Shown here: positions 19,899-29,582 of the stretch, one piece after another | How the letters are laid out: every line of letters begins with the position of its first letter | Position numbering within the stretch: position 1 is the first letter of the stretch | From: Candidatus Binataceae bacterium | Lineage (GTDB): Bacteria; Desulfobacterota; Binatia; Binatales; Binataceae | Assembly (NCBI GenBank): GCA_035531855.1 | Contig: DATKSB010000080.1 | Location: forward strand, 14,243 to 78,242 | Reading direction: 5' to 3' | DNA length: 64,000 nt | The notes under the pieces: generated by a model | Databases searched by the model: none | Told to the model about the DNA's origin: nothing | What the model saw: only the letters and a program-made list of their open reading frames with translations | Program-made: the position numbers and the translations under genes

Positions 19899-20694
19899 CT
19901 AGCCGCCGTCAGGTTCGTTTTTCCATTCTTCGGGATAGAGCAGCAGCAAGTCCTGGCCGAGCGTGCGCACCAGGAAGCGCTGGGTCGGCGCGATTGCGCG
20001 CTCGAGCGCGCGGCCACCGATCAGCCAATGGCCGCGTCCCGGAATTTGCGCGAGTGTTGCGCCGATCGATTCCGCGAACGCCGCGGTCCTGGCAACCGGG
20101 GCGAAGATATCCGAGTCGCCCGCGACGATCAGCCTGGGCGCGGCGGAAGTGGAGAAGGCAATTTCGCCGCGCGCGATCTCCAGAGCGAGCTTCGCGCTCT
20201 CCGGCACCATCGCGCGGATGATCGCGTCGCGCTGGAACCGATCGGCGTCGGCGACGAACTCGAACAAGGTGCGTTTTCGCGGAGGATCGATCGTCCCGCG
20301 CCGCCAGGCGGAGAGCCGTGCGGCGAATCCGGAAACCAGCAGCGACTGGTAGCCCGGCACAAGCGGCGCCAGCGCAACCGCGGCTTTTACCTCGGGACGC
20401 TCAGCCAGCTTGAGCGCGGCCAGCCCTCCAGCGCCGTGACCGACGACGATCGCGCCGCGCCCGAGGGCATCGAGCGCTTCAGCGCAAAGCGCGATCAGAT
20501 CCGCAAAAGAAAACTTCGCGAGCGGCGGAGTTGCGCCCACTCCGATCGCGGAGCGCAAATCGGGTGCGTACACTTCCCATCCGATGGTGGCGAAGTAACC
20601 CATTAACACGCCCAAATGACGAGCGGTGGTGAACGAGTCCGGTATGAGGATTACTGGCCATGCGAACTTCAGCGGCTCCGGCCGCTCGGCCACG
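19899..20694 (-). CDS. Alpha/beta-fold hydrolase-like protein with Gly at the nucleophile position (GHGAG)
   Basis: ILIPDSFTT ... VVGHGAGG ... GDSD ... GRGHW. Asp and His of the catalytic triad are present but the nucleophile Ser is replaced by Gly (codon ggc). Putative GTG start at RVDELL. Confidence 0.55.
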
Positions 20695-20730
20695 CATGGG
20701 AAGCGTCCGAGTAATTCGTCCACGCGGCGC

Positions 20731-21990
20731 TCAGGCGGCGCGCGCCTGCCGCGCCAGCATCCGCGCAAACCGGAACGAGGGGAAGCCGCCACTCGACGCC
20801 ATCTGGCCGAAACGCGCCATCTCGCGCGCGGCCCAGGTCTCGCGCTGTGCGACCAGATGCGCGGCATGCGTGGTCGGATCGTGGCGGAGTCCGCCGGAGG
20901 TCCTGACGCTGGAGGAATAATAGGGCATCAGCAGACGATCGCGGCGGCTTGCGAATTCGCTCATCGCGGCGGCGCCGATCACGCGGCCGTCACGCGCGGA
21001 GAACCATCCGGGTGCAAGTTCGCCTACTATCTCCGCGGTCATCAGCGCGAGCGAATGCCCCTGCCCGAACAGCGGATCGACGTGAAGTCCCGCGTCACCG
21101 ACGAGCAGCGCGCCGTCGGTAATCGGCTTGCGATAGGTGTTGAGCAGTATTCCCGACGAATAGATTTTCCCGGATGCGCGCCCGCCTTCGATTAGCGATC
21201 CGACGACGAACGAACGCTCGAGCTCGCGTTTAAGATTGCCTTCCAGATCGGTGCGAAAGGAATGCATCCGCGCCGCATCGAATGCGACCGCGGCCACCAC
21301 GCGCCCATTCTCGCATCGGCACAGGATCGCGCCCTGACCGGGACCCGCGTCGAGTTCGGTCACCAGGTCGTCGCCGAAGCGCTTGCGGCTTACATCTTCA
21401 TAGTACGAGTAGTAATAGGCGCGAGCGCATGGAACTTCGGTGCGCACGAAGGCGCCGAGTTTCGCCTCGGCGAGCTTCGCGACCGTGCTGCGCATCCCGT
21501 CCGCTCCGACGACGAGCGCGGCGCGAAATTCGTGCGCGCCGCTTTGGTCCTCGCCGCGGACTCCCGCGACCGCGCCGTCTTCAATCACCAGGCCGGTGAG
21601 CCTGAAGCGCTCGCGAACGACCGCGCCTGAGTCGCGCGCGAGCGCAAGCATCGCGGCATCCATCGGCATTCGTCCGAAGCAAAATCCGCGCAGGTCTTCG
21701 TCTTCGCGCGCGAGATCGACCGAGTAATCGTAACCGGGCCCGAGCATCCGCATGCTTTCGTAGCGGCGCGCGCCGGCGCGTTCGAGATGCTCCAGCGCGT
21801 TCATCCGGGCCAGCACCTTCGCGCCACCGGCCAGAACGATATGGGTGGAGAGCGTGTCGGACGGGAACGCGGCCTTGTCGATCAACAGGACCTTGAGGCC
21901 GCGGCGCGCAAGCGCAATCGCGACGGCGCTTCCGGCCACGCGCGCACCGGCGATAATCGCGTCGAAGGTGGAATCAGGAGAGGTTATCAT
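20731..21990 (-). CDS. FAD-dependent oxidoreductase, geranylgeranyl-reductase-like
   Basis: FDAIIAGARVAGSAVAIALARRGLKVLLIDK dinucleotide-binding motif; about 420 aa. Confidence 0.7.
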   Translation of the reverse strand: MITSPDSTFDAIIAGARVAGSAVAIALARRGLKVLLIDKAAFPSDTLSTHIVLAGGAKVLARMNALEHLERAGARRYESMRMLGPGYDYSVDLAREDEDLRGFCFGRMPMDAAMLALARDSGAVVRERFRLTGLVIEDGAVAGVRGEDQSGAHEFRAALVVGADGMRSTVAKLAEAKLGAFVRTEVPCARAYYYSYYEDVSRKRFGDDLVTELDAGPGQGAILCRCENGRVVAAVAFDAARMHSFRTDLEGNLKRELERSFVVGSLIEGGRASGKIYSSGILLNTYRKPITDGALLVGDAGLHVDPLFGQGHSLALMTAEIVGELAPGWFSARDGRVIGAAAMSEFASRRDRLLMPYYSSSVRTSGGLRHDPTTHAAHLVAQRETWAAREMARFGQMASSGGFPSFRFARMLARQARAA

Positions 21991-22057
21991 AGCGCCCGCG
22001 CAGGTCGCGCCGCTTGCAATCGCAATCATTAGGTACGCGGCGGCGCGAACGCAAGTA

Positions 22058-22091
22058 TCGCGGAAAAAGAAAGAGCCCCCTGTTACGGGGG
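22058..22091 (-). terminator. Intrinsic terminator for the minus-strand micro-ORF
   Basis: Perfect 8-bp stem GAGCCCCC/GGGGGCTC with a 6-nt loop. On the minus strand it is followed by TTTCTTTTTCC. A second hairpin (CCTCCGAG-N9-CTCGGAGG) lies at about 22158-22182. Confidence 0.6.
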
Positions 22092-22198
22092 CTCTCTCGG
22101 TTTACGAGGCGTGAGCGCCTCGGCTCATTCCAGCAGCTAGCCCGGCATCGTTAGCCAGCCTCCGAGGGGTTAAAGCTCGGAGGAAAACTTTTGGCTAG

Positions 22199-22297
22199 TT
22201 ACTTCTTCTTCTTTTTGCCGGCTTTCTTTTTCATATTGCTCTTCAACTTTGACTTGGACTTGGTGGCCCGCTTGGGAGCCTTCTTCTTCACTGGCAT
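22199..22297 (-). CDS. Lysine-rich 32-aa basic peptide (MPVKKKAPKRATKSKSKLKSNMKKKAGKKKKK)
   Basis: GGAGG Shine-Dalgarno 5-6 nt upstream of the ATG, AT-rich promoter region upstream, and an intrinsic terminator downstream. Confidence 0.5.
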   Translation of the reverse strand: MPVKKKAPKRATKSKSKLKSNMKKKAGKKKKK

Positions 22298-22546
22298 AGA
22301 CACCTCCTCTTCCGTTGGCCGCTGCTGGATAAGCACACTACCTAATGAGTGGTCTAACCTTCTCCACCCCTCGGTGCGCATTATAGAAACCCGTTATTAG
22401 GAATGCAACAGGCTAAGCAACATATTTATAAAGAAATTCTAAAGTCGGCACGAGCCGCTGATTCTATACACTTTCCGAACTTTGGAATGACGTTAAGGCA
22501 TCGGCGGTCTTGAACTTCGCCCGCGCGGTGCTTTACCATTGGTCAG

Positions 22547-22864
22547 ATGCTCCGCTTAAGCAACTACCTCCGGCGCCGGTGGCTCCCGCTAATCCTGACC
22601 GGGATCCTCGTGGTCCTGGGCGCGAGCCTGGCGATGGGGCCGCTGGGACCGCGCGATCTGCTGGCGCTGCGCACCAGGCGCCGCGCGCTCGAGGCGCGGC
22701 GCGCGGAGTTACTGGCTCGCAACGAGACGCTCAGAACGGGCGTTCAGAACCTAAGTTCCAATGATCGCTACCTGGAACACCTGATTCGCCGCGAACTCGG
22801 ATTCACCCGCGACGGCGAGCTGGTGTATAAATTCACCGGCGATTCCACTTCCGCCCAACACTGA
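22547..22864 (+). CDS. ftsB: Septum formation initiator, FtsB/DivIC family
   Basis: Single N-terminal TM helix, then a coiled coil (ALRTRRRALEARRAELLARNETLR) and the conserved C-terminal RRELGFTRDGELVYKF. Confidence 0.65.
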   Translation: MLRLSNYLRRRWLPLILTGILVVLGASLAMGPLGPRDLLALRTRRRALEARRAELLARNETLRTGVQNLSSNDRYLEHLIRRELGFTRDGELVYKFTGDSTSAQH

Positions 22865-22884
22865 ACGCGCTAGAAAACAGAACC

Positions 22885-24219
22885 CTAAAAGATCGATCGC
22901 GGCAGCAGCCGATACTCGCGGGCCGCGCGTTCCAGCTCCTCGCGAAAATCCGGATGCGCCAGCCCGATCAGCGCGCGCGCCCGCTCCGGCACCGACTTGC
23001 CCTTGAGGTTGACGATTCCGTATTCGCTCACCACGTACATCACGTCGGTGCGCGGCGTGGTCACGACATTCGAGTCGTCGATTCGTGCGACGATCCGGCT
23101 GGCGCGCCTGCCCGCGCGCTCGTAGGTCGAGGCGAGGCACAGGATCGCCTTGCCTCCGGCCGAAGCGTAGGCGCCGCGAATGAACTGGAGCTGGCCGCCG
23201 GTGCCGCTGATCTGTCTGATGCCGGCGGATTCCGAGCAGGCTTGGCCGGTTAGATCGATTTGCGCGGCGTTGCAGATCGCGACCGCGTTATCGTTGCGCA
23301 TGATGTGATGCGGCAAATTCGTGTAGTCGACCGGCCCCGCGAAACAGGCCGGATTGCGATCGAGAAACTTGTACAGACGCGACGACCCCGCGGCGAAGCA
23401 ATAAGTCATCTGGTAGAGATTGTCCGCCTTGTGCGCGCCAGTGATCTTGCCCGCCTCATACAGCGAGATGAGCGAGTCGACGAACATCTCGGTATGCACG
23501 CCAAGGTCTTTGACTGCCGAAGTTGCCAGCAGCTCGGCGACCGCATTCGGCATCGCGCCGATTCCGATTTGCAAGCACGCGCCATTTCTGATTTCCGGCG
23601 CGATCAGCTCCGCCACTTTCTGATCGGCTGGTCCTGGAGCCGGGTTCTTTAGCTCGGGCAGCACGCCGACGCCCGCGTCGATCACCTGGTCGACTTCGCT
23701 GATATGAACGCCGCACTCGAGCCCGAAAACATACGGCACGCTCGCATCGGTTTCGATTACCAGGTGCGCGGCTTTTTCGGTGATCGCCTTGTGATAGGTC
23801 ACCGACGGACCAAAGTTGAAATAGCCGTGCTCGTCCATCGGTGCGCACTTCAGCGCCGCCACGTCCACGTCGACGAAGCGGCGGTAGTCGTCGGGCGCCT
23901 CGCCGAAGTTCATCGGAATGTGATGGCACAGTCCGCGATCGTGCAGCTTTCGTTCGAGTCCCGAGAAATACCAGGAAAAATAATCCACGTGACGACCCTC
24001 GGGATCGGCCTCGATCGCCGCGCGCGGTTTCATCGCAAGGCATCCGCGCAGGCGCACGCGCTCGAGCCTGGCGACGCGAGCGGCCAGAGCCTGATCGAAC
24101 AGGTCGGGCTGTCCCAGTCCGAATCCGTACTCGACCCAGTGGTCCGACTTGACTGACGCCGCGGCCTCTTCGGCGCTGACGGTTTTTCGCCTAAGCTCGG
24201 ACTGATATGAATACGCCAT
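22885..24219 (-). CDS. Acetyl-CoA hydrolase/transferase family protein (4-hydroxybutyrate CoA-transferase-like)
   Basis: 444 aa; the GIGAMPNAV and downstream AcetylCoA_hyd_C region are typical. Confidence 0.8.
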   Translation of the reverse strand: MAYSYQSELRRKTVSAEEAAASVKSDHWVEYGFGLGQPDLFDQALAARVARLERVRLRGCLAMKPRAAIEADPEGRHVDYFSWYFSGLERKLHDRGLCHHIPMNFGEAPDDYRRFVDVDVAALKCAPMDEHGYFNFGPSVTYHKAITEKAAHLVIETDASVPYVFGLECGVHISEVDQVIDAGVGVLPELKNPAPGPADQKVAELIAPEIRNGACLQIGIGAMPNAVAELLATSAVKDLGVHTEMFVDSLISLYEAGKITGAHKADNLYQMTYCFAAGSSRLYKFLDRNPACFAGPVDYTNLPHHIMRNDNAVAICNAAQIDLTGQACSESAGIRQISGTGGQLQFIRGAYASAGGKAILCLASTYERAGRRASRIVARIDDSNVVTTPRTDVMYVVSEYGIVNLKGKSVPERARALIGLAHPDFREELERAAREYRLLPRSIF

Positions 24220-24382
24220 CTCTAACCTCCGTCGCTCGCTGTTTCATAAATGCTATCCGCCGAAGCGGCTGGCAAGCGTCCGGCAGGTAGCGTGCGCTTC
24301 TACCGCTCGCGTCGATACGGTACCGTCGTGCAGTCCGCGGACCCTTGGTCCATCTTAAAGGTTCACCGCAGGAGATACCGAA

Positions 24383-24814
24383 TTGAGCGACGCCGCGTTC
24401 CAAATCGTTTTGGCACTTCACCTGTTCGGCGTGATTTTCTGGATTGGCGGGTTGTTGATGCTCGCGAGCCTGCTCGGACGCGTGCCCGAGGAAGTCGGCC
24501 TTCCCAAGGAGCGGTTGCTCGGAACCATACGGCGGCTGTTCGAGGTTACCGTAAACCTGGGCGCTGCGATCACGGTCACGCTTGGGATTATTCTGATATT
24601 GATGCGCCCCGAGGTTCTGCGGCAGGGATGGCTTCATGCGAAGCTGCTGCTGGTCGCCGTGATTCTATTTTATCACGTGCGCTTCTACCGCCGGATTCGC
24701 TTCCTCGAAGACAATCCCAGCGCCTCGACGCGGCGTGAATTCGCGGTCGTGCACGGAGTCGTGAGCCTGCTGGTGCTGGCGATCCTGATGCTGACGATCC
24801 TGAGGCCGTTCTAG
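24383..24814 (+). CDS. HemJ-like / CopD-like small membrane protein (UPF0093)
   Basis: 143 aa, 4 TM helices, conserved His residues (HLFGVIFW, HAKLLLVAVILFYHV). TTG start with GGAGA SD. Confidence 0.5.
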   Translation: MSDAAFQIVLALHLFGVIFWIGGLLMLASLLGRVPEEVGLPKERLLGTIRRLFEVTVNLGAAITVTLGIILILMRPEVLRQGWLHAKLLLVAVILFYHVRFYRRIRFLEDNPSASTRREFAVVHGVVSLLVLAILMLTILRPF

Positions 24815-25587
24815 AACCGATCCTTCAACTCCCGGGCTTTGGCGAAAATCGCGACCGGATCGTTCGCGAGCGCCGGATCGATCTTCCTGAGGCTCGCGCG
24901 CAGTTCGGCGCTGTCGGTGCGCAGAAACGGGTTGATCTGCTTTTCGTCGCCGATCGTCGAAGGGACGGTCCACTTGCCTTCGCCGCGCGCCTTGCGCGAC
25001 CAATCGTGCTTGGCTTTGAGGGCAGCGTTATTCGGTTCGAGTGTCAGCGCGAAGCGGAGATTCTTTTCGGTGTATTCGTGCCCGCAGTAAACCCGCGTCG
25101 AATCGGGCAGCGCCGCCAGGCGCTTCAGCGAGGCGACCATCGTCGCTGCAACGCCCTCGAACACGCGGCCGCACCCGCCAATAAACATCGTGTCGCCGGT
25201 AAAAACCGATTCGAGCTTCGGAAAATAATATGCGACGTGGCCGTTGGTATGCGCCGGAATTCCCATTACGCGTGCTTCGAGCGCGCCGATCCGGATCGTG
25301 TCGCCGTCGGACACAGGATTGGTCAATCCAGGAATCCTGCCGTTCTCGGCGCTCGCGCCATAAACCTTGATGCCCGGGACCTTCGCCGCGAGATCCTGGT
25401 TGCCGCCACTGTGGTCGGCGTGCCAATGCGTCGTCAGGATCGCGGCGATCTGCACGCCGAGCCCGCGCGCGGCCGCGACAACCTTGTCGGCCTCCGCGCA
25501 ATCCACCACCGCACATTCCTTGCTGGTTTCATCAACCACCAGGTACGCGAAATTGTCGGAGAGCTGGGGAACGATATGTATCGCCAT
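24811..25587 (-). CDS. gloB: Hydroxyacylglutathione hydrolase (glyoxalase II)
   Basis: THWHADHSGGN metal-binding motif; about 258 aa of MBL fold followed by the HAGH C-terminal domain. Confidence 0.8.
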   Translation of the reverse strand: MAIHIVPQLSDNFAYLVVDETSKECAVVDCAEADKVVAAARGLGVQIAAILTTHWHADHSGGNQDLAAKVPGIKVYGASAENGRIPGLTNPVSDGDTIRIGALEARVMGIPAHTNGHVAYYFPKLESVFTGDTMFIGGCGRVFEGVAATMVASLKRLAALPDSTRVYCGHEYTEKNLRFALTLEPNNAALKAKHDWSRKARGEGKWTVPSTIGDEKQINPFLRTDSAELRASLRKIDPALANDPVAIFAKARELKDRF

Positions 25588-25620
25588 CGCACTTCTCCCT
25601 GGATAACTGATTTGGGACTA

Positions 25621-26394
25621 TCAGAACCCTACGATGTTGTAGCCGACGTCCACGTATACCGTCTGCCCGGTGACGCCAGTCGAAAGATCACTGAGCAGCA
25701 CGGCAGCCATCTTGCCGGCCTCTTCGATTTTCATGCCGCGGCGCAGCGGCGCGCGATTTTCAACCTCGTGCGCCATCGTATGAAAGCCGCTGATCGCTGA
25801 GGACGAAAGCGTGCGCGCCGGACCGGCGCTGAGCGCGTTGACTCGTATATTCTTCGGGCCCAAATCTATCGCCAGGTAGCGCACGCAGGCTTCCAGAGCC
25901 GCCTTGGCGACTCCCATCACGTTGTAGTTGGGGACCGCGCGCACCGCGCCGATATAGCTGAGCGTGACGATCGAGCCGCCTCCGCGCGCCGCCATCAGCG
26001 GTTCGGCCGCGCGCGCGAGCGCGACCAGCGAGTAGGCGCTGATTTCCAGCGAGCGCGAAAAGTTCTGCCGCGTCACGTTCAAGAACCGATCGCGCAAATC
26101 TTCGCGCTCGGCAAACGCAACCGCGTGAACGAGCATATCGAGTCCGCCCCACTTGCGTTCGAGCTTGCCGATAACTTCGGCGATCTGCGCGTCGTTGTTG
26201 ACGTCGAGCTCGCCCACAATGTCGGCTTCTATCTGCGCGGCGAGCGGACGCACGCGCTTCTCGAGCACTTCCCCTTGATAGGTCAGCGCGATCTCGGCGC
26301 CCTGCGCGTGCAGCTCCTGCGCGATCGACCACGCGAGGCTCTTGTCGTTCGCGACGCCGACGACCAGCGCGCGTTTTCCGTCTGCAATTCCCAT
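25621..26394 (-). CDS. fabI: Enoyl-[acyl-carrier-protein] reductase [NADH]
   Basis: GKRALVVGVANDKSLAWSIA N-terminus and the Y-x6-K catalytic region of the FabI family. Confidence 0.85.
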   Translation of the reverse strand: MGIADGKRALVVGVANDKSLAWSIAQELHAQGAEIALTYQGEVLEKRVRPLAAQIEADIVGELDVNNDAQIAEVIGKLERKWGGLDMLVHAVAFAEREDLRDRFLNVTRQNFSRSLEISAYSLVALARAAEPLMAARGGGSIVTLSYIGAVRAVPNYNVMGVAKAALEACVRYLAIDLGPKNIRVNALSAGPARTLSSSAISGFHTMAHEVENRAPLRRGMKIEEAGKMAAVLLSDLSTGVTGQTVYVDVGYNIVGF

Positions 26395-26431
26395 GAGCGA
26401 GTTTCCTTCCGCAGGTTTGCGCCGCAGGCCG

Positions 26432-27157
26432 CTAGACAGCGAGTTTCATTCCGTCGGATGCCATCTCGATCTTTATTTGGCGCCGATGGTTCAGTACTTC
26501 GCGGCCGATGTGCGTCAACAGCATCCGGCCGACTTTGAATTTCCCGCGCTGCTCGGCGAGCTCGGGATAATTGATGTGAAATTTCAGATGCTTGCTCTCG
26601 AAGTAAGTGCATTCGCAGACGAAAAGATCGGCGCCCGCCGCGAACTTCACCAGCGCGTCGTTCCATCCGGTATCTCCCGAAAAAACAATTGTCTTCCCGC
26701 CCACTTCGACCTTGAACGACAACGAAATGTCGGGCTTGGTGTGCGGGCTGCGAATCGCCGAGAGACGGACCTTGCCGATTTGCAGCGTTGCGCCCGGCTC
26801 GATCACAACGAAGTTCAGCTTGTGCTTTATCCGTTTCAGGTCGAAGCCGGGAAACAGAGTTTTCAAGAGTCGCCAGCATCGCGATTCCAGATTGCGCGGC
26901 CCCACGATCGTGAGCGGACCCTCGAGCCGGCTTTCCCACATGTATTCGAGGATCAAAAACGGCAGGCCGCCAAAGTGGTCGCCGTGCAGATGGCTAATGA
27001 CAATCAGATCGATATGATTGGGCTGAACCCCGTGGCGCTTCATCGCGCCCAGTATTTCCGGACCCGCTTCCATCAGGATGCGGGTGCCATCGGCGTCAAT
27101 GATGAAACCGGCCTGCGCGCGGCCTCCGCTGGCGAAAGCGTCTCCCGTGCCAAGCAT
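26432..27157 (-). CDS. MBL-fold metallo-hydrolase (RNase Z / PhnP-like)
   Basis: Start MLGTGDAFASGGR; HLHGDHFGG motif. Confidence 0.6.
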   Translation of the reverse strand: MLGTGDAFASGGRAQAGFIIDADGTRILMEAGPEILGAMKRHGVQPNHIDLIVISHLHGDHFGGLPFLILEYMWESRLEGPLTIVGPRNLESRCWRLLKTLFPGFDLKRIKHKLNFVVIEPGATLQIGKVRLSAIRSPHTKPDISLSFKVEVGGKTIVFSGDTGWNDALVKFAAGADLFVCECTYFESKHLKFHINYPELAEQRGKFKVGRMLLTHIGREVLNHRRQIKIEMASDGMKLAV

Positions 27158-27276
27158 GGTCACACTCGCGCTGTTCTTGCGTACTGGCGCGTGATTGGAA
27201 TTCTTCAAAGCGGACCTCATGCTAGTATCTACCATATGGCTATGCAAAATACGGTGCGCCGAAATAGTGTGCATTC

Positions 27277-28230
27277 ATGACACCGCAAGTAAAGATAGGT
27301 GCTGGTTTTGGATTGTGGCGTTTAGGAATGCCGTCGGCCGAGACGATCGCTCGAGTGGCGGAGCGCGCCGAAGACTGGGGCCTGGATTCCTTCTGGCTTT
27401 CGGACCATCTGCTCGCGCCGTCGCCGGAACTCGACGTCGTCGCCACGCTTTCGCTCATCGCCTCGCGCACCTCGCGGATGAAACTCGGGCCGAGCGTGCT
27501 GCTCTTGAACCTGCGGCATCCGCTGATGGCAGCGAAGTCGTTCGCGTCGCTGGATTATCTGTCCGGCGGCAGGATGGTGATGGCGGTCGGCACCGGATCG
27601 AATCTGGCCGACTACGCGGCCTGCGGAATTTCGCCGGACGCGCGCGGCAAACGGCTGGACGAAGGAATCGAAGTTCTGCGCACGGTCTGGAAAGATCGGC
27701 AGGCGAGTTATCATGGCCGGTTCTTCAATTTCGACAACGTGACGATCGAGCCACGGCCCGCGCCGCGCGCGAACAACGATTTCGGCACGATGGACATCTG
27801 GATCGGCGGACGCGCGGAGTCGGCGCTGCGGCGCACGGCGCGGCTCGGCGACGGATTCTTCGCGTCGTTCCAGACCCCCGAGGAATACGAATCGAGCATG
27901 GCGAAAATTCGCGCTTACGCCGTCGAGTACGGCCGCGCGAATGCGCGAATCGAGTCGGGGCTGATCCTGCTCTGCCGAATCGCGAGCTCACGCGAAAAGG
28001 CGCTCAAGGAAATGCAGCCGATGCTCTCCGCGATGGGCCGCGGGTCCGAAGCATTTCTCGAGCGCAGCGTGTACGGCTCCGCCGAAGATATCGCCGCGCA
28101 GATGGAACGGTACATCGCAAAGGGACTCGACAAGTTCGTCCTGTGGCCGATCGCAGCCCCCGATTCATGGGAGCAGCAAATCGAGCTGGTCGGTCGCGAG
28201 ATTGCCGCCCATTATGCGCGCGCCGCATGA
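27277..28230 (+). CDS. LLM-class flavin-dependent oxidoreductase (luciferase-like monooxygenase fold)
   Basis: 317 aa; the LSDHLL and TIM-barrel LLM signature regions. Confidence 0.75.
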   Translation: MTPQVKIGAGFGLWRLGMPSAETIARVAERAEDWGLDSFWLSDHLLAPSPELDVVATLSLIASRTSRMKLGPSVLLLNLRHPLMAAKSFASLDYLSGGRMVMAVGTGSNLADYAACGISPDARGKRLDEGIEVLRTVWKDRQASYHGRFFNFDNVTIEPRPAPRANNDFGTMDIWIGGRAESALRRTARLGDGFFASFQTPEEYESSMAKIRAYAVEYGRANARIESGLILLCRIASSREKALKEMQPMLSAMGRGSEAFLERSVYGSAEDIAAQMERYIAKGLDKFVLWPIAAPDSWEQQIELVGREIAAHYARAA

Positions 28231-28813
28231 GCATAAGAGCATAGCGCGCCTGCTCGGCGCGCTGATCGTCGCGACGGCGCTGTGCGCCGCGGCGGGATGC
28301 AGCCGCCCCGCGCCGCCGCCTGCCGCGCATTCGATCTATGCCAGCGCGGAATCGGTCGAGGAAAACTTTCGCGGAAGAGAATTCATTCTCGGCGAGAGCA
28401 ACACGGTCGCGATGGTTCGCACCCTCGGCTCGGGCAACAACGCCTGGATGAAACTGCCGTTCTGGTTCGGCGTCAACATTCTGGTCCCCGGCGTCACGCA
28501 GCCGAAGGAAGGCGACTACTACGTGATCAGCGAGGCGACGTTGGGCAAGCCGCTCAGCGCACCAGGCGAATGGATGATCGACGCGGGCAGCACGCTCGTG
28601 AAACAGGAGACCGTATTCATCACGACCCGCACGCACTACGACAGCGGCGGAAAAATTCTTCCAACCATCGTGCAATACATGGGCAAGCGCGAATTTACCC
28701 GCGGTGACGGCAAAAAGGTCGAGATCCCGGTCGTGCGCGAGGTCTCGTTGCCAATGAAATGGACGCTCGAAGGCCAAGTGCCGGCAAGCTACGCGCGTTT
28801 TCGAATCGGATGA
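28214..28813 (+). CDS. Lipoprotein of unknown function (paralog 1)
   Basis: Signal peptide with lipobox LCAAAGC. Shares about 35 % identity with the downstream paralog (PFWFGVN, VREVSLPM). Confidence 0.55.
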   Translation: MRAPHEHKSIARLLGALIVATALCAAAGCSRPAPPPAAHSIYASAESVEENFRGREFILGESNTVAMVRTLGSGNNAWMKLPFWFGVNILVPGVTQPKEGDYYVISEATLGKPLSAPGEWMIDAGSTLVKQETVFITTRTHYDSGGKILPTIVQYMGKREFTRGDGKKVEIPVVREVSLPMKWTLEGQVPASYARFRIG

Positions 28814-29436
28814 ACCGCGCGCGAATCAAAGCGTGGACCGTCGCCGCGATCACCGTGCTGATGATCGCGGGCGGCGCGGGATGTAGTCCGGACAAGGCGC
28901 TGGATTTCGGTCCGACCGGCGAGATTAATACTCCGCCGCAGGATCAGCTAAGCCGCGACATCCTGCGCGATTTCGACGGCAAGGATTTCACCCTCGGCGA
29001 CAACGATCGCCAAGCCCACGTTCATCTGAGCGGATGGGCGGAAAATCGCGGGGTCGTGATGCCGTTCTGGCTGGGCGTCAATCCGCTGTATCCGGGGTTT
29101 CTGCGGCCCACGGTCGGACATATTTATGTGATGAGCGAATCGACGATGGTGCGGCCTCTCGGCCACAACGAGTACCTGATTCGCGCGGGCTCGAAACTGT
29201 TCAAGTTCGACACGCTGCTCGAAGCCACGCACACCCGCTACCTCGACACGGGCAGGATGCTCCCGATAGTGGTGCGCTTCGTCGGCACGCGAGTGATCAC
29301 GGTGCCAAAAGACGCGCCCGCAGCCGGAACGATTACTGAGAAGGTCCCGGTCCTGCGCGAAGTCTCGCTACCAATGCACGTCGATGCACCCGAACCGGGC
29401 TACGTAAAGTTCGAGGTTATGAAGAACCCCGCCTGA
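28810..29436 (+). CDS. Lipoprotein of unknown function (paralog 2)
   Basis: Start ATGA-overlaps the paralog 1 stop. Lipobox MIAGGAGC. Motifs PFWLGVNPL, IVVRFVG and VLREVSLPM are shared with paralog 1. Confidence 0.55.
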   Translation: MNRARIKAWTVAAITVLMIAGGAGCSPDKALDFGPTGEINTPPQDQLSRDILRDFDGKDFTLGDNDRQAHVHLSGWAENRGVVMPFWLGVNPLYPGFLRPTVGHIYVMSESTMVRPLGHNEYLIRAGSKLFKFDTLLEATHTRYLDTGRMLPIVVRFVGTRVITVPKDAPAAGTITEKVPVLREVSLPMHVDAPEPGYVKFEVMKNPA

Positions 29437-29462
29437 ACGTAGGCCGCAGCGGCGATCCCCTT

Positions 29463-29519
29463 CCGTCATCCTGAGCGGAGGCCGCAGCGGCCGGAGTCGA
29501 AGGATCCCGGACGCTCATG
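29463..29519. repeat. Left arm of a ~57-bp inverted repeat flanking the GIY-YIG gene
   Basis: CCGTCATCCTGAGCGGAGGCCGCAGCGGCCGGAGTCGAAGGATCCCGG. The reverse complement matches 29929-29985 with about 5 mismatches. Each arm carries an internal GGCCGCAGCGGCC palindrome. Confidence 0.7.
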
Positions 29520-29582
29520 CAGACTCTCACGATTGCCCGCTCTGGCCTGGAAACGACTAGAGTCGCCGTTCTCATTCGCCGC

